The notes below the pieces were generated by a model. The model ran no database searches. It saw nothing but the letters and a program-made list of their open reading frames with translations, and was not told the DNA's origin. A stretch of DNA of 64,000 nucleotides from Methanobacteriota archaeon (GTDB taxonomy: Archaea; Thermoplasmatota; Thermoplasmata; SG8-5; JAGLSY01), in contig JAEHCO010000001.1 of NCBI GenBank assembly GCA_020697715.1, forward strand, positions 892,490 to 956,489, given 5' to 3'. Shown here one piece after another: positions 1 to 11,328 of this stretch (position 1 is the stretch's first letter; each line of letters starts with the position of its first letter). A program made the translations under genes and the position numbers.

Positions 1-2
1 TA

Positions 3-1265
3 GCCCGAAATACTGACGGTCTCTACGAAGGGATCGCCATCGGGGGCGACATGTATCCAGGAAGCACATTGATGGATCATCTCATGAGATATGAGAAGAA
101 CCCGAAGGTGAAGATGCTGGTATGTTTGGGAGAAGTAGGCGGAGTTGATGAATACAACATTGTCGAGGCTCTTGAAAAGAAGAAGATAAATAAGCCACTG
201 GTAATGTGGGTCACTGGCACCTGTGCCAAGGCCTTCAAGACCGATGTCCAGTTCGGACATGCAGGAGCGAAAGCTGACGCAGAGGCCGAGACAGCCGATG
301 CCAAGAACAAGGCATTGAAGAAAGCAGGCGCGATCGTGCCAAACTCCTTCGACGACTATGCCTTGAAGATCAACCAAACCTACAAGAAATTGGTCAAGGC
401 TGGCAAGATAAAGCCAGGTCCAGAACCAGTGGCTCCGATAATGCCAGCAGATTATGCCAAGGCTATGAAAGCCGGAGAAATAAGAAAACCATCCAGCTTT
501 ATCTCCACCATCTCAGATGAGAGGGGTGAGGAGCTTTACTACGGCAATATGGCGATAACCGATGTGTTCAAGAAAGATATCGGACTGGGCGGTGTTCTCA
601 GTATACTGTGGTTCAAGAAATTGATGCCAAGGTACGCTTGCAAATTCATCGAGAACGTGCTCATGGTCGTAGCCGACCACGGACCTGCTGTTTCCGGTGC
701 ACATAATACGATAGTCGCGACAAGAGCTGGCAAAGATCTCATTTCTTCACTTGTGAGCGGTTTGCTATGTATCGGGCCAAGGTTCGGAGGCGCGATAGAC
801 GGAGCTGCCCAGATGTTCTCCTCTGCTTATGATAGGGGACTGACACCTCAGGAATTCATCGATGAGATGAAAGCTAAAGGCGTGAACATCCAGGGCATCG
901 GTCACCGTGTGAAGAGTGTGCACAATCCGGATATGAGAGTGACAGTGATGAAGAACTACGTGAAGAAGAACTTCAAGAAATCACCATTGCTGGACTATGC
1001 TTTGGAAGTGGAGAAACTAACCACTTCCAAGCGTGACAATCTCATACTGAATGTGGATGGTGTCATTGGAATATGCTTCGCCGACATGCTGAGAAACGAG
1101 TTTCCGAAGGCTGTGGCGGATGAATACATCAACATGGGCGCATTGAACGGTCTTTTCGTTCTCGGAAGAAGCATCGGCTTCATGGGACATCATATGGACC
1201 AGAAGAGATTGAAACAACCGATGTACAGGCATCCGTGGGATGATATCCTTTACATGAAGGAGTAA
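3..1265 (+). CDS. aclA: ATP-citrate lyase alpha subunit (succinyl-CoA ligase-like plus citryl-CoA lyase domains), 5'-truncated by the window edge
   Basis: The frame is open from nt 3 ([21 protein letters not shown]). It carries the phospho-His motif QFGHAGA and the citrate-synthase-homology motifs [28 protein letters not shown] and LILNVDG. Confidence 0.9.
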   Translation, partial: ARNTDGLYEGIAIGGDMYPGSTLMDHLMRYEKNPKVKMLVCLGEVGGVDEYNIVEALEKKKINKPLVMWVTGTCAKAFKTDVQFGHAGAKADAEAETADAKNKALKKAGAIVPNSFDDYALKINQTYKKLVKAGKIKPGPEPVAPIMPADYAKAMKAGEIRKPSSFISTISDERGEELYYGNMAITDVFKKDIGLGGVLSILWFKKLMPRYACKFIENVLMVVADHGPAVSGAHNTIVATRAGKDLISSLVSGLLCIGPRFGGAIDGAAQMFSSAYDRGLTPQEFIDEMKAKGVNIQGIGHRVKSVHNPDMRVTVMKNYVKKNFKKSPLLDYALEVEKLTTSKRDNLILNVDGVIGICFADMLRNEFPKAVADEYINMGALNGLFVLGRSIGFMGHHMDQKRLKQPMYRHPWDDILYMKE

Positions 1266-1271
1266 TGGACC

Positions 1272-3500
1272 ATGACCAAAGGAAAGATAATATACACTAT
1301 CGTGGACGAGGCTCCCGGCCTCGCCACTTACTCCTTTCTACCAGTGGTGAAGGCATTTACAGAAGCAGCGGGTGTGTCCGTCGAAACAAGAGACATCTCT
1401 CTTGCTGGAAGGATCATAGCGAAGTTCCCCGAGAAACTCACGGAAGAACAGAGAATATCCGATGACCTGGCTGAGTTGGGTGATCTGGTAAAGAAACCAG
1501 AGGCCAATGTGATAAAACTACCATGCATCAGTGCTTCCCTGGGACAACTGAAGGCTACCGTGAAGGAACTTCAGGGAAAGGGATACAACCTGCCAGACTA
1601 CCCAGAGGACCCTCATACTGATGAGGAGAAGGATATCAAGAGCAGATATGACAAGGTCAAGGGCTCGGCAGTGAATCCAGTTCTGAGAGAAGGTAATTCC
1701 GACAGAAGGGCTCCAGCCAGTGTGAAGAACTACGCACGGGCAAATCCTCATCCGATGGGTGAATGGACAGCCAATAATCCTGCCCATGTATCCACCATGT
1801 CCGAAGGAGACCTCGCGCACAATGAGATATCCACCACTATCAAGCCACAGGATATTGGAGACTGTGTAATAGAATTCCATAAAATGGACGGCTCCAAGGT
1901 CGTGCTCAAGGAAAGGACACCTCTTCTGGACGGGGAGATAATCGATGCCTCGAAGATGAGCAGGAATGCTCTAAGGGTCTTCCTGGAGGAGCAGATCAAT
2001 GACTGCAAAGAGAAGGACCTGCTTTTCAGCATCCATCTGAAGGCAACTATGATGAAGGTGAGCGATCCCATATTCTTCGGGCATGCGGTCTCCGTATTCT
2101 TCAAGGAGGTCTTTGACAAGCACACCTCCACCTTTGAGGAATTGGGAGTGAATCCCAATAATGGCCTCTCCGAGCTCTATCAGAAGCTGGACAAGCTGCC
2201 TGATGACAAGAAAGCGGAGATAATCGCTGATATCGAGGCGGTCAAGGCAAAGAGACCCAAGCTGGCAATGGTGGACTCAGACAAGGGCATCACCAACCTG
2301 CATGTGGGCAGCGACACTATCATCGACGCATCATTGCCCAGGTATGTTCGTGAATCTGGAACCATGTGGGGCCCTGACGGAAAGCAGCATCCTGCAAAGG
2401 CCATCATACCCGATTCCAGCTACGCTGGCATATACCAGGCGACAGTGGACGACTGCAAGGCCAACGGCGCATATGATCCAACCACCATGGGAACAGTTCC
2501 CAATGTAGGCCTAATGGCTCAAAAGGCAGAGGAATATGGATCCCATGACAAAACATTTGAGATATCTGGCAATGGAACTGTAAAGGTGGTCTCAGCAGTA
2601 GGCAATATTCTTTTGGAGATCTCAGTAGAGGACGGCGATGTCTTTAGGATGTGCCAGGTCAAGGACCTACCGATCCAAGATTGGGTCAAATTAGCTGTTA
2701 CCAGGGCACGCGCCACTGGATGGCCAGCAATATTCTGGCTGGACAAGGACCGAGCCCATGATGCTGAATTGATCGAGAAAGTGCACACTTACCTGCAGGA
2801 CCATGACACGTCGGGCCTGAACATACAGGTCATGCCTCCTACCGAGGCCACCAAGTTCTCGGTCGAGAGGATGAGGAAGGGCGAGAACACGATCTCAGTG
2901 ACTGGCAATGTCCTCAGGGACTACAATACGGACCTATTCCCAATACTTGAAGTGGGGACCAGCGCCAAGATGCTCTCGATAGTACCGCTCATGAACGGCG
3001 GTGGATTGTTCGAGACCGGAGCTGGAGGATCAGCTCCAAAGCATGTGCAGCAGTTCCAGAAGGAGGGACATCTGAGATGGGATTCCTTGGGCGAGTTCCT
3101 TGCATTGGCAGCCAGTCTGGAGCATTTGGCCATCGTATTCGATAATCCTCGGGCGCAGATATTGGCCGACACACTGGACAAAGCAAATGGCAAGTTCCTT
3201 CTTGAGGACAAGTCACCATCCAGGAAGGTCAATGAGCCAGACAATCGCCACAGCCATTTCTACCTGACAATGTACTGGGCTCAGGAACTGGCCGCTCAGA
3301 ATGACGACCAGGAATTGCAAGCACGCTTTGCCAAGCTGGCGCAGGAATTGGAAGCCAATGAGCAGAAGATATATGACGAGCTCATGACAGCACAGGGCCA
3401 GCCAGTTGATTACAATGGCTACTTCAAGCCCAATGACGAGCTTGCAGTTAAGGCCATGAGGCCGAGCGCGACCTTCAATGCACTAGTGGACAACCTTTGA
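1272..3500 (+). CDS. icd: Monomeric NADP-dependent isocitrate dehydrogenase
   Basis: 742 aa with IIYTxxDEAP, [44 protein letters not shown] and [10 protein letters not shown], typical of monomeric IDH. Confidence 0.95.
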   Translation: MTKGKIIYTIVDEAPGLATYSFLPVVKAFTEAAGVSVETRDISLAGRIIAKFPEKLTEEQRISDDLAELGDLVKKPEANVIKLPCISASLGQLKATVKELQGKGYNLPDYPEDPHTDEEKDIKSRYDKVKGSAVNPVLREGNSDRRAPASVKNYARANPHPMGEWTANNPAHVSTMSEGDLAHNEISTTIKPQDIGDCVIEFHKMDGSKVVLKERTPLLDGEIIDASKMSRNALRVFLEEQINDCKEKDLLFSIHLKATMMKVSDPIFFGHAVSVFFKEVFDKHTSTFEELGVNPNNGLSELYQKLDKLPDDKKAEIIADIEAVKAKRPKLAMVDSDKGITNLHVGSDTIIDASLPRYVRESGTMWGPDGKQHPAKAIIPDSSYAGIYQATVDDCKANGAYDPTTMGTVPNVGLMAQKAEEYGSHDKTFEISGNGTVKVVSAVGNILLEISVEDGDVFRMCQVKDLPIQDWVKLAVTRARATGWPAIFWLDKDRAHDAELIEKVHTYLQDHDTSGLNIQVMPPTEATKFSVERMRKGENTISVTGNVLRDYNTDLFPILEVGTSAKMLSIVPLMNGGGLFETGAGGSAPKHVQQFQKEGHLRWDSLGEFLALAASLEHLAIVFDNPRAQILADTLDKANGKFLLEDKSPSRKVNEPDNRHSHFYLTMYWAQELAAQNDDQELQARFAKLAQELEANEQKIYDELMTAQGQPVDYNGYFKPNDELAVKAMRPSATFNALVDNL

Positions 3501-3517
3501 TCGAGCGGAAGCAGAAA

Positions 3518-3544
3518 TGAAAGGCCGCTTCAAACGGCCTTTCA
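3518..3544 (+). terminator. Hairpin terminator after icd
   Basis: TGAAAGGCCG-7 nt-CGGCCTTTCA, followed by a T-rich tract. Confidence 0.7.
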
Positions 3545-3590
3545 CCATTTCATTTTCTTCAATTTTTATTTATACCTCTTTCCCAATCTA

Positions 3591-4499
3591 TTGATGATGA
3601 AAAAACCCGAGCTCGCGGTCATGATAGCCGTTATCTCAGTATCCTTTTCTGCCATCTTGATCCGGTGGGCAACAGCTCCCGCACTGGCCATTGCTTTTTG
3701 GAGGCTTTTATTCACCACCTTGCTCCTCATGCCTTTCGCCTTGTTCTACAAGCGGGATGAGATAAGATCCCTGGGCTGGAAGGGCATAGGCAAGACAGCA
3801 CTCATTGGTTTAGTGCTGGCTACACATTTTTCACTATGGATACGCTCCCTGGAATTGACCACTGTGGCCAGTTCTGTCATACTTGTAACTGCCCATCCTA
3901 TCCTGGTGGCTGGATTATCATACTATCTGTGGAAGGAGCCAGTGTCCAAGACCAATGCCTTCGGTATTGGCATTGCGATAATTGGCATCATAGTGCTTTC
4001 ATGGGGTGATATGGGTGCGGGGAATCTCACCGGCAATGTACTCGCCCTGATTGCCGGAATATGTGCAGGTCTGTACATACTGGCTGGAAGAAGGATGCGC
4101 CGTGATGTATCTCTTCTTTCCTACGCATTTCTGGTCTACATATTCTGTGCCATATTCCTGGCCATCATGTGCCTGACCACGTCCACGAAATTCTACCCTT
4201 ATCCAAAAGAAGATTTTTACTTGTTCATCACCATGGCCGCTATACCCGGAATACTGGGCCACACTTTGTACAACTGGGCACTCAAACATGTAAAAGCCTC
4301 GGTCGTATCTGTAAGTCTGCTGGCCGAGCCCATCGGTTCAACAGCTCTGGCCTTTCTTCTGCTAGGAGAGACACCCGGGTCCATCCTTGTGATAATTGGG
4401 GGCGCATTGACCCTGCTAGGAATTCTATTGACTGTGAGAAAGGTTCGTACCAGAGGCAAAGCCAGAAGATCCAGGTCAAAAAAGATCACTACTTCTTGA
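3591..4499 (+). CDS. DMT/EamA-family transporter
   Basis: About 10 hydrophobic helices in two EamA repeats; LLAEPIGST motif. Confidence 0.85.
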   Translation: MMMKKPELAVMIAVISVSFSAILIRWATAPALAIAFWRLLFTTLLLMPFALFYKRDEIRSLGWKGIGKTALIGLVLATHFSLWIRSLELTTVASSVILVTAHPILVAGLSYYLWKEPVSKTNAFGIGIAIIGIIVLSWGDMGAGNLTGNVLALIAGICAGLYILAGRRMRRDVSLLSYAFLVYIFCAIFLAIMCLTTSTKFYPYPKEDFYLFITMAAIPGILGHTLYNWALKHVKASVVSVSLLAEPIGSTALAFLLLGETPGSILVIIGGALTLLGILLTVRKVRTRGKARRSRSKKITTS

Positions 4500-6279
4500 C
4501 CTTATGTCGCACACGCACTGCTTCGCCTTTCACACTCTGCACCATCTCGTCCGCATTCATCTTCGCAGTGCCAGCCCCTCTCAATGACCCATCCTGGCCA
4601 ATGATGCAAATCTCGTCCCCAACCCTTATCCGGGGGTCGGCTTCCTCCACACCAACCGCGAACAGGTTGCCGATCAGGTCGAAATCATGCATCTTCACCG
4701 TGTACAAGTTCTTCTCCACCATGAGCTTCGCCAGGTCCAGCGTGGGAATTAAAAATCCACTGGCCTCGGATACCATGGCCAGTTGTTGATTGCCCTTCCT
4801 GATCTTGAGAATAGGATAGCGGCCCTTGACATGGCAACCGTGGAAGATATCGGTCGCATCTTCACCCCACTGGAACCTGGCCATATTGGTGACCTCCTCC
4901 AATGTTCTTCTCTTCCAGTCTGGCTTGCTGTCCAATAGCGGGATATTATCCAGTGCGTCCCGGAGATCGACGAGGGATTGCGCATCCGTTGGTCTATCTC
5001 CAGCTGTGGAGATAGCGCCATCCAGGTATTCCTGATCGTCAAAGATATCATCGTCTCCAAAATGAACGATGATGTGATCATATTTGTTTATGGCCAGGTA
5101 CTCCTTGAGAAGCACATTGATCATTTTTTTCTCATCCTCATACCAATGGCCAGTTACAGGAATATCATAATGCTGGGCAGGATATGTGAGCTCCAGCTCT
5201 CTGGGAACAAGACCCAGGGGCGATGTGATGATAAGCTCATGCACCCGATGTCCAACTTTTGAATTGCTTATCACTTCTCTGAACTTCTGATGGCTCTTTG
5301 ATTTGGAATAAGGTTTCCTGGCCGAGCATGGCAATATCAGAAGAATATCCTGTTCCGATGGCTTCCAGTACCTTGTCAACACGCGCTCGCGGAACCGCTT
5401 GACATCCGGTCTTTCAAGAGATAATCTCGTAGTGGCCTGGAATTCAGGCCCAATAACTGGAGATCTCTTCTCCTCGAATTCGGGATACCTTTTGTCCATA
5501 AGCCTGAGCATGGCCACCAGCTCGGGCGAGGTTTTCGCCCGGTACTCGATGAACTGCCGCAAACCTCGTTTGGCCAGTTTACCCCTGATCTGCTGTAGTT
5601 CCGTCTGCAAGGCCAGGAAATTATGCTCCCGCAACCTATCATTGGCCGAGGCATCAAGGTCGCAGCCCCTGCATGCGCATTCTCCCTCGTCCACATCCTC
5701 GTGTGGTACAGCTCCATCAGATCTGAGGAACATTTTCTTGCGCGTTAGGAATACCACTCGGGTGGCATCCAGCAGATCCGCGCCCAGGTAAAATAAGATT
5801 CCGATATTGTGAGGCATGGCCACGCCCGGTAAATAAAGAATATTCTGATAACCAATGCCCTCTCTTATGCGAAGCATGGTCTCGACAAATCTGAAAGGAT
5901 TCTGATACAGTTCGACAGCTCCCTCGAGAATGAATATATCCGCCTTCTCGCGAATACCGATCATCTCGTCATCGGTTATACTGGCTCTGATGACCGCGAT
6001 ATTATCTTTAATTGTAAAATTCGGAAGCTCATAGCCTTTGAGATCATATCCATTGGGAACACCCGAGTAGCTTGGCAAGGAGATCGAAACTCCACCGATC
6101 TCCATCAGCAGGCCATTATTTCCACCACTCTCTTTCAGCACACCACCAGCATAGCCGGGAGCGTCCATCCTGTGGCTCTCTGGGAACAGGATGTTCGGAA
6201 TTGGAAGTTTCCAACCATCACCAGTATAAGTTCCAGACCTGACGGTCGCATCTCGTAATTTTACTTCGAGCATTGGCAC
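4489..6279 (-). CDS. arcS: Archaeosine synthase subunit alpha (TgtA2/ArcS) with C-terminal PUA domain
   Basis: LPCSARKPYSKSKSH, TSPLGLVPRELELTYPAQHYDIPVTGHW and PUA (ADPRIRVGDE...AVRVRH). Alternative ATG start at 6273. Confidence 0.9.
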   Translation of the reverse strand: MPMLEVKLRDATVRSGTYTGDGWKLPIPNILFPESHRMDAPGYAGGVLKESGGNNGLLMEIGGVSISLPSYSGVPNGYDLKGYELPNFTIKDNIAVIRASITDDEMIGIREKADIFILEGAVELYQNPFRFVETMLRIREGIGYQNILYLPGVAMPHNIGILFYLGADLLDATRVVFLTRKKMFLRSDGAVPHEDVDEGECACRGCDLDASANDRLREHNFLALQTELQQIRGKLAKRGLRQFIEYRAKTSPELVAMLRLMDKRYPEFEEKRSPVIGPEFQATTRLSLERPDVKRFRERVLTRYWKPSEQDILLILPCSARKPYSKSKSHQKFREVISNSKVGHRVHELIITSPLGLVPRELELTYPAQHYDIPVTGHWYEDEKKMINVLLKEYLAINKYDHIIVHFGDDDIFDDQEYLDGAISTAGDRPTDAQSLVDLRDALDNIPLLDSKPDWKRRTLEEVTNMARFQWGEDATDIFHGCHVKGRYPILKIRKGNQQLAMVSEASGFLIPTLDLAKLMVEKNLYTVKMHDFDLIGNLFAVGVEEADPRIRVGDEICIIGQDGSLRGAGTAKMNADEMVQSVKGEAVRVRHKVKK

Positions 6280-6313
6280 TGGAATACTGAGGCGGAATAT
6301 AAATGTGTTCAGC

Positions 6314-9300
6314 CTAAGGTATCATCCAGGGATAGAATCCATTAGAGTATATCCAGTAAGCTTGACCGATCTGGAAAGCGGCTCCATCAGGCATGGGCTC
6401 GATACCGTAAGTTGACATATCATTGAACCTCTCGATGGTCATGACCATACCTCCAGATTCCACTTTCAGATTGCCTGCTGTATAACCCTCAGTATCTGAT
6501 GGGTAACCCACCATGTTCCAGCCTGGTTGCAGAGTGACGACAGTTCCTGATGGGGCGCTTCCAGTCTCGCCCATTGTAAGAAGATTATCTCCATCATTTC
6601 TAGTCACATACATCCAGACACCCATTGTATTATCCACATCGGGCATATCTTGAGGTAAGCCAGCTGCTGCCTGTGCCTTATCATAGCACTTCCAATGGTC
6701 AATTGCATCTGCAGGATCATACCACATTATCGAGCTCCAGGTAGTTCCTCCATCTCCAAAGATGGTATCATTGAATATTATGTCCACTGAATTGTCCACA
6801 TTCACTGGGAATGATACAAATCTCCATCCTACATCCATCCCCATGTCATATGGAATCTCTGGAAGGAAGCCAGCTATGTAGATGGCAGTTGCATATGATC
6901 CTGCCCAATTGCCAGAAGAATCCTGCCCTCTGACCCATAGCTTATTCCATTCTCCAATGCTCCAGCCGGCTGTTACAGCCCCTGGTATGAAGACAGTGAC
7001 ATCCTCATTGATCTCATCCCACACTCCATCCACGACATTCATTGGAGTTCCTGGCCAGTTTGCGGTTTCTCCCAAGCACCATTCAGCTGCAGTGATGTAT
7101 GACTCACCAGTCATTGAATCATCAATTATGGCATTAAGGTTCACTGAGTCTCCTGGTTCTATGGGATTGATATCGCTAACAACACTTCCCGGCACTGTGA
7201 TCGGGGGCGTGTTATCCACGCCATGTTCTATTGTGAAGTCCATTGATTCTGAATAATCACTAAGAACTGCATAAGTTGCAGTTCCAAGGCCGACTACTTT
7301 TATTCTGTAAGTGTCCGCATCTTCAAGGGCGCTTATGTCCCATACCAAGCTTGTTTGACTACCTGGCAATGGAGCACCGTTTATCTTGATATATTCCTGA
7401 CCGCTGTTCGGGCTGTAATAGACATCTACGGACGTAGCATCAGATATTGTCCAATCAATTGTGTAAGTGGTCGTGGACGTGATGGTCTCCCCACCAATTG
7501 GATTTACTAAATCCGCGGTAGGATGGTTCCCGCCAAGTAGCCACTGAATTGTTTCATCAAGTAATTCCGCTCTCTCCAGGTCGATGGTCGGTGGAGATCC
7601 AGCTGGATCCCAGTTCCCGCCTGTATTTGTCGAATCGATCATATTGTGTGAGAAGGCATTGAAGGCTATCCTGGCCGTACCTGCAGCTCCACCACCTGTC
7701 TGCGCAACTCCCGCGGCAGTTCCACCATATTCATGATCATTATAATCCCATATGGCAACCCCTGGGGCTATGGCATTTATATCATCTGGCCAGAACCTGC
7801 TTGAGCCGTAAACATCCTGCTCAAGGTCCATATTGTCCAAGTTGTAAATATCATTCAGAACATGTCCATTATCTATAACCATGAAAGGATCTGTGCCTGG
7901 TGGACCACCACCGCCTTCATCTCCACCACCGCCATCAGCATCGTCTCCGAGGTATTCGGCCTTCAGATAGTCCTCACACCAGGTGACATCGGGATCTGTT
8001 CCAACTAAACTCATATCCCATGCTATGTCCTGACCCACTATGTAGGCCATTGGAACTGTTCCTTGGCTGGTCAATGGCTGGTCGAGATAACCTGCCAGTG
8101 CCTCTCTGTCATCAGCACTCAATTGAGGGAATCCTTCAGATGGGACCCAAATGATCATGGAAGCCTGATTAAGATCCTCGGTCGATGGAGAACCCAATAC
8201 ATTCATATCCCAATGACTGTAGGTCCATCCAGTGTATTCCAAATTATTCATCCAGTCCAGTTCATAGGGTGAGCCATCTAATGGAGATATACTGCCTATG
8301 TCGTCATCGACCAGCATTATCAGTGGCCCTCCGGTCGTGGCACTTCTGGTGCTGAATGTGTAATATCCTCCTCCATAGTCATCATAGGTGGATCTTCCAT
8401 ACATATCGGCGGATTCCACCCAGAACTCGTATTTCGTATCTCCCAAGAGTCCTGTCATTGGTATCTGATGATCCATGACGAGGTGATCATCATGAATAAT
8501 TGTCCATGTAGGCGAGCCAAACACTCTGTAATACACAGTGCTATTCGCATTTTCATCGGTATCCCAGGTCATTATGGTAGACACTCCAGATATCTCACTT
8601 GCAAATACATTTGATATGACTGGCTCATGAATATCAATTAATGCATATGCTATGGAGTCATGAATAGGAGATGTATCTGAATAAGTGGTGGTTATGGTCT
8701 CACCGTCACTGACCTGTAATTTTCCATCTCCTGGCGCTGCGATCCCCATATCTGTTAATATAGAGCCAGTATAAACACTTGAATTGAAGTCCAGGACATT
8801 CAATGTGACGATCTCTGAATCCCCACTAACACTTCCTGTGATCGTTATATCAACTGTAGGAGGAAAGCTATTGGTATCCTCCAATCTGAAATTTATGATA
8901 TCCGAATCATCATAGACAGATCGATCCATCTGAATAAGACCATGGCCATCATCGAAGTTCCCTGTCGCGACCAGGGCGAAGTTCTGAGGACCTATTGCGA
9001 TGTTCGAAGCATCGATCCTGATGGTGTAAATACCTGGAGATGGAATATTCAGATATGCGCATTCCACATTGTTCAATATATCATATGAACCATTGAACAT
9101 GGATTCTCCACCTGAGAAGACATTTCCCTTGTATTCCATTGCGCCAGGTGCGATCAATGTCAGATCCAGATCATTGACCAGTGCCTTTGCGGCTGCTGGA
9201 TCTCCTTGATAATCGGACCAGACCAAAGATATCTTCAATGGCTCAGAGGCATCTGTAACACTGATCTCATATTCCATATAGTCTCCAGTGACCATGCCCT

Positions 9301-11080
9301 GGGATTGATCAATGACCATCATTTCTTTTGAATCTCCTATGAAGTAAAGGCTATTATCCAGATGGATCCTGCCCCATCCCTCGTCCATATTGGGGATATC
9401 CGGGGTTCCAATGTCAACAGCCCCGTTTATCATGGTAGCTTTGAGAAGAGCCGCGGACGGACTCCATCCATTGGCATTTACAGGATATCCTTTAGGATAC
9501 CATCCTTCTCTGTAATATTGGCGGACCATGGCAGCTGCTCCACCTGCTGCGGCTGTTGCCCAGCTTGTTCCCTGCATTGTTTGATATCCGCCGCCTCCAT
9601 CAACTGACTGAACTGATTCACCAGGAACCACGATGTCTGGCTTGATACGGCCATCCATCGCAGGCCCTCTACTGCTGAATGCTGATACAGTGATCCCATC
9701 ACTGCTGGCCGAGCCAACTCCTATCACATTCTTTGATTCGGCCTGGCAATCTATAGTGTATCCTGATGGTCCATCACCGCCTACTGACCAGAACATGGAG
9801 AAATCCTGACTATCATAGACGTATGAGTCGATCATGACACATTGATCCCTGTATCCTGAACCACCACCCCAGCTATTGCTCTGTATCTTTGAATCGTAAT
9901 TATCTTCTGTGAATTTGAATAGATCATTATAGTAATCCTCGGGCGGGTATACATATTGCCATTCAAGGATATCAGGTGTCGCTGCATCATCTTCTCTCAT
10001 TATGTCCTGCATCACGATCTCCGCCATGAAAGCATGACCATCATATGTACCAGGATTCCAAATTCCATAAGGTGCTCCATCTCCTGCTATGACACCGGCT
10101 GCGAAGCTTCCGTGAAAGGCTGAACCTGATTCATCCCCTAATTGGCCATCTGCACCTTCGGGAACATAGTTAGCCTTGACCTTGAGATAATTGCCTGGAA
10201 TGCCATATACCGCCCCATTGAAACTATCATGATCAATATCTGAAAGCCCAATTCCCTCTGCAATACCCGAATCTGCGATAGTGACGACCTCTCCGCGGCC
10301 ATTAATGCCCTGTGCATGAAGTGGGCGGGTCGTACTTCCGGATTGGACCAGTGGAACATTATCATCATTCGAAGGCTCTGCGAGTACAAATTCAGAGACC
10401 CATTTGACCTCTGGCCTTGATATTAAATAACTTATCAAGGAAGCATCAACTTCCGCATTTACAGTATTGACTTCTCTGGAATTCGCAATGCCCAGTATAT
10501 TTCCACCAGAGTTTTTCGTGATCTCCCTCACGATGTCGCCATTGGACGAGCCCGGGAATAATGTGATACTTAATTTCACGATTCCAGTCGCTGTTGCCAA
10601 TGCCGGGTCCACTTTGTAAGCTGGCTCGTAGCTTCCGCACCATCTGATATCCTGAAGTGCATTGACCTTGCCTTTGGCATTCGTGTTCATCGTGACGAGA
10701 AGTGCATTGTCAGGAATATAACTGACAATGGTCGCCCCTGCCTTTATTATACCACTCTTCCACTCCTCGGTTATCTTGCCAGGAGCTTGGATGATATATG
10801 GCTGTTCCACCCAGGGAGAATTACCATAGGAATTTGCAGATGCGATGATTGGAGCATTACCGCCAATTGGGTCGAATGATCCATATTTCAATTTGATCAT
10901 ACCATTCGAATTGCCAGTTGGTATGGCATCATCAATATCATTGGTAGGGACAATATCATCATGACTATTATCTGCAAAACCAATTGTTATAGATGAGAAT
11001 ATAAGAGAAATAATTATAAAACCTACAAATAACCTGTTAACACTACCTAGCCCACTTTTTCTGTTCCCCATATCTTCCAT
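6314..11080 (-). CDS. Secreted S8 subtilase-family serine peptidase, multidomain (array gene 1)
   Basis: Signal peptide and prodomain; triad motifs IADSG / FHGSFAAG / QGTSWAT; FSSRGP..DGRIKPD; FN3/Ig-like domains; shared C-terminal GWN domain. Confidence 0.85.
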   Translation of the reverse strand: MEDMGNRKSGLGSVNRLFVGFIIISLIFSSITIGFADNSHDDIVPTNDIDDAIPTGNSNGMIKLKYGSFDPIGGNAPIIASANSYGNSPWVEQPYIIQAPGKITEEWKSGIIKAGATIVSYIPDNALLVTMNTNAKGKVNALQDIRWCGSYEPAYKVDPALATATGIVKLSITLFPGSSNGDIVREITKNSGGNILGIANSREVNTVNAEVDASLISYLISRPEVKWVSEFVLAEPSNDDNVPLVQSGSTTRPLHAQGINGRGEVVTIADSGIAEGIGLSDIDHDSFNGAVYGIPGNYLKVKANYVPEGADGQLGDESGSAFHGSFAAGVIAGDGAPYGIWNPGTYDGHAFMAEIVMQDIMREDDAATPDILEWQYVYPPEDYYNDLFKFTEDNYDSKIQSNSWGGGSGYRDQCVMIDSYVYDSQDFSMFWSVGGDGPSGYTIDCQAESKNVIGVGSASSDGITVSAFSSRGPAMDGRIKPDIVVPGESVQSVDGGGGYQTMQGTSWATAAAGGAAAMVRQYYREGWYPKGYPVNANGWSPSAALLKATMINGAVDIGTPDIPNMDEGWGRIHLDNSLYFIGDSKEMMVIDQSQGMVTGDYMEYEISVTDASEPLKISLVWSDYQGDPAAAKALVNDLDLTLIAPGAMEYKGNVFSGGESMFNGSYDILNNVECAYLNIPSPGIYTIRIDASNIAIGPQNFALVATGNFDDGHGLIQMDRSVYDDSDIINFRLEDTNSFPPTVDITITGSVSGDSEIVTLNVLDFNSSVYTGSILTDMGIAAPGDGKLQVSDGETITTTYSDTSPIHDSIAYALIDIHEPVISNVFASEISGVSTIMTWDTDENANSTVYYRVFGSPTWTIIHDDHLVMDHQIPMTGLLGDTKYEFWVESADMYGRSTYDDYGGGYYTFSTRSATTGGPLIMLVDDDIGSISPLDGSPYELDWMNNLEYTGWTYSHWDMNVLGSPSTEDLNQASMIIWVPSEGFPQLSADDREALAGYLDQPLTSQGTVPMAYIVGQDIAWDMSLVGTDPDVTWCEDYLKAEYLGDDADGGGGDEGGGGPPGTDPFMVIDNGHVLNDIYNLDNMDLEQDVYGSSRFWPDDINAIAPGVAIWDYNDHEYGGTAAGVAQTGGGAAGTARIAFNAFSHNMIDSTNTGGNWDPAGSPPTIDLERAELLDETIQWLLGGNHPTADLVNPIGGETITSTTTYTIDWTISDATSVDVYYSPNSGQEYIKINGAPLPGSQTSLVWDISALEDADTYRIKVVGLGTATYAVLSDYSESMDFTIEHGVDNTPPITVPGSVVSDINPIEPGDSVNLNAIIDDSMTGESYITAAEWCLGETANWPGTPMNVVDGVWDEINEDVTVFIPGAVTAGWSIGEWNKLWVRGQDSSGNWAGSYATAIYIAGFLPEIPYDMGMDVGWRFVSFPVNVDNSVDIIFNDTIFGDGGTTWSSIMWYDPADAIDHWKCYDKAQAAAGLPQDMPDVDNTMGVWMYVTRNDGDNLLTMGETGSAPSGTVVTLQPGWNMVGYPSDTEGYTAGNLKVESGGMVMTIERFNDMSTYGIEPMPDGAAFQIGQAYWIYSNGFYPWMIP

Positions 11081-11284
11081 GTAATCTCCTCAGGATCATG
11101 CCTTGCCAGACATGCGTCAGGAAACAGTAATTAGCATATATTCTTTCAATGAATTGAAGAAAATATCAGCTAGCCCTCTTCCCTGATATTGTATATAATG
11201 CATTGTTTTTGACGTATTTAAGTATATTCTTTGTTATGTTTACTTATAAGTAATAGATGAAAAAGATAAAAAGAAAGTAAAAGG

Positions 11285-11307
11285 GGGGAAGGCTTGGAAC
11301 CTTCCCC
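11285..11307 (-). terminator. Hairpin terminator after array gene 2
   Basis: GGGGAAGG-7 nt-CCTTCCCC, with a U-rich run following on the minus strand. Confidence 0.7.
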
Positions 11308-11328
11308 ATTATGCTTTTCTTAGGCCGC

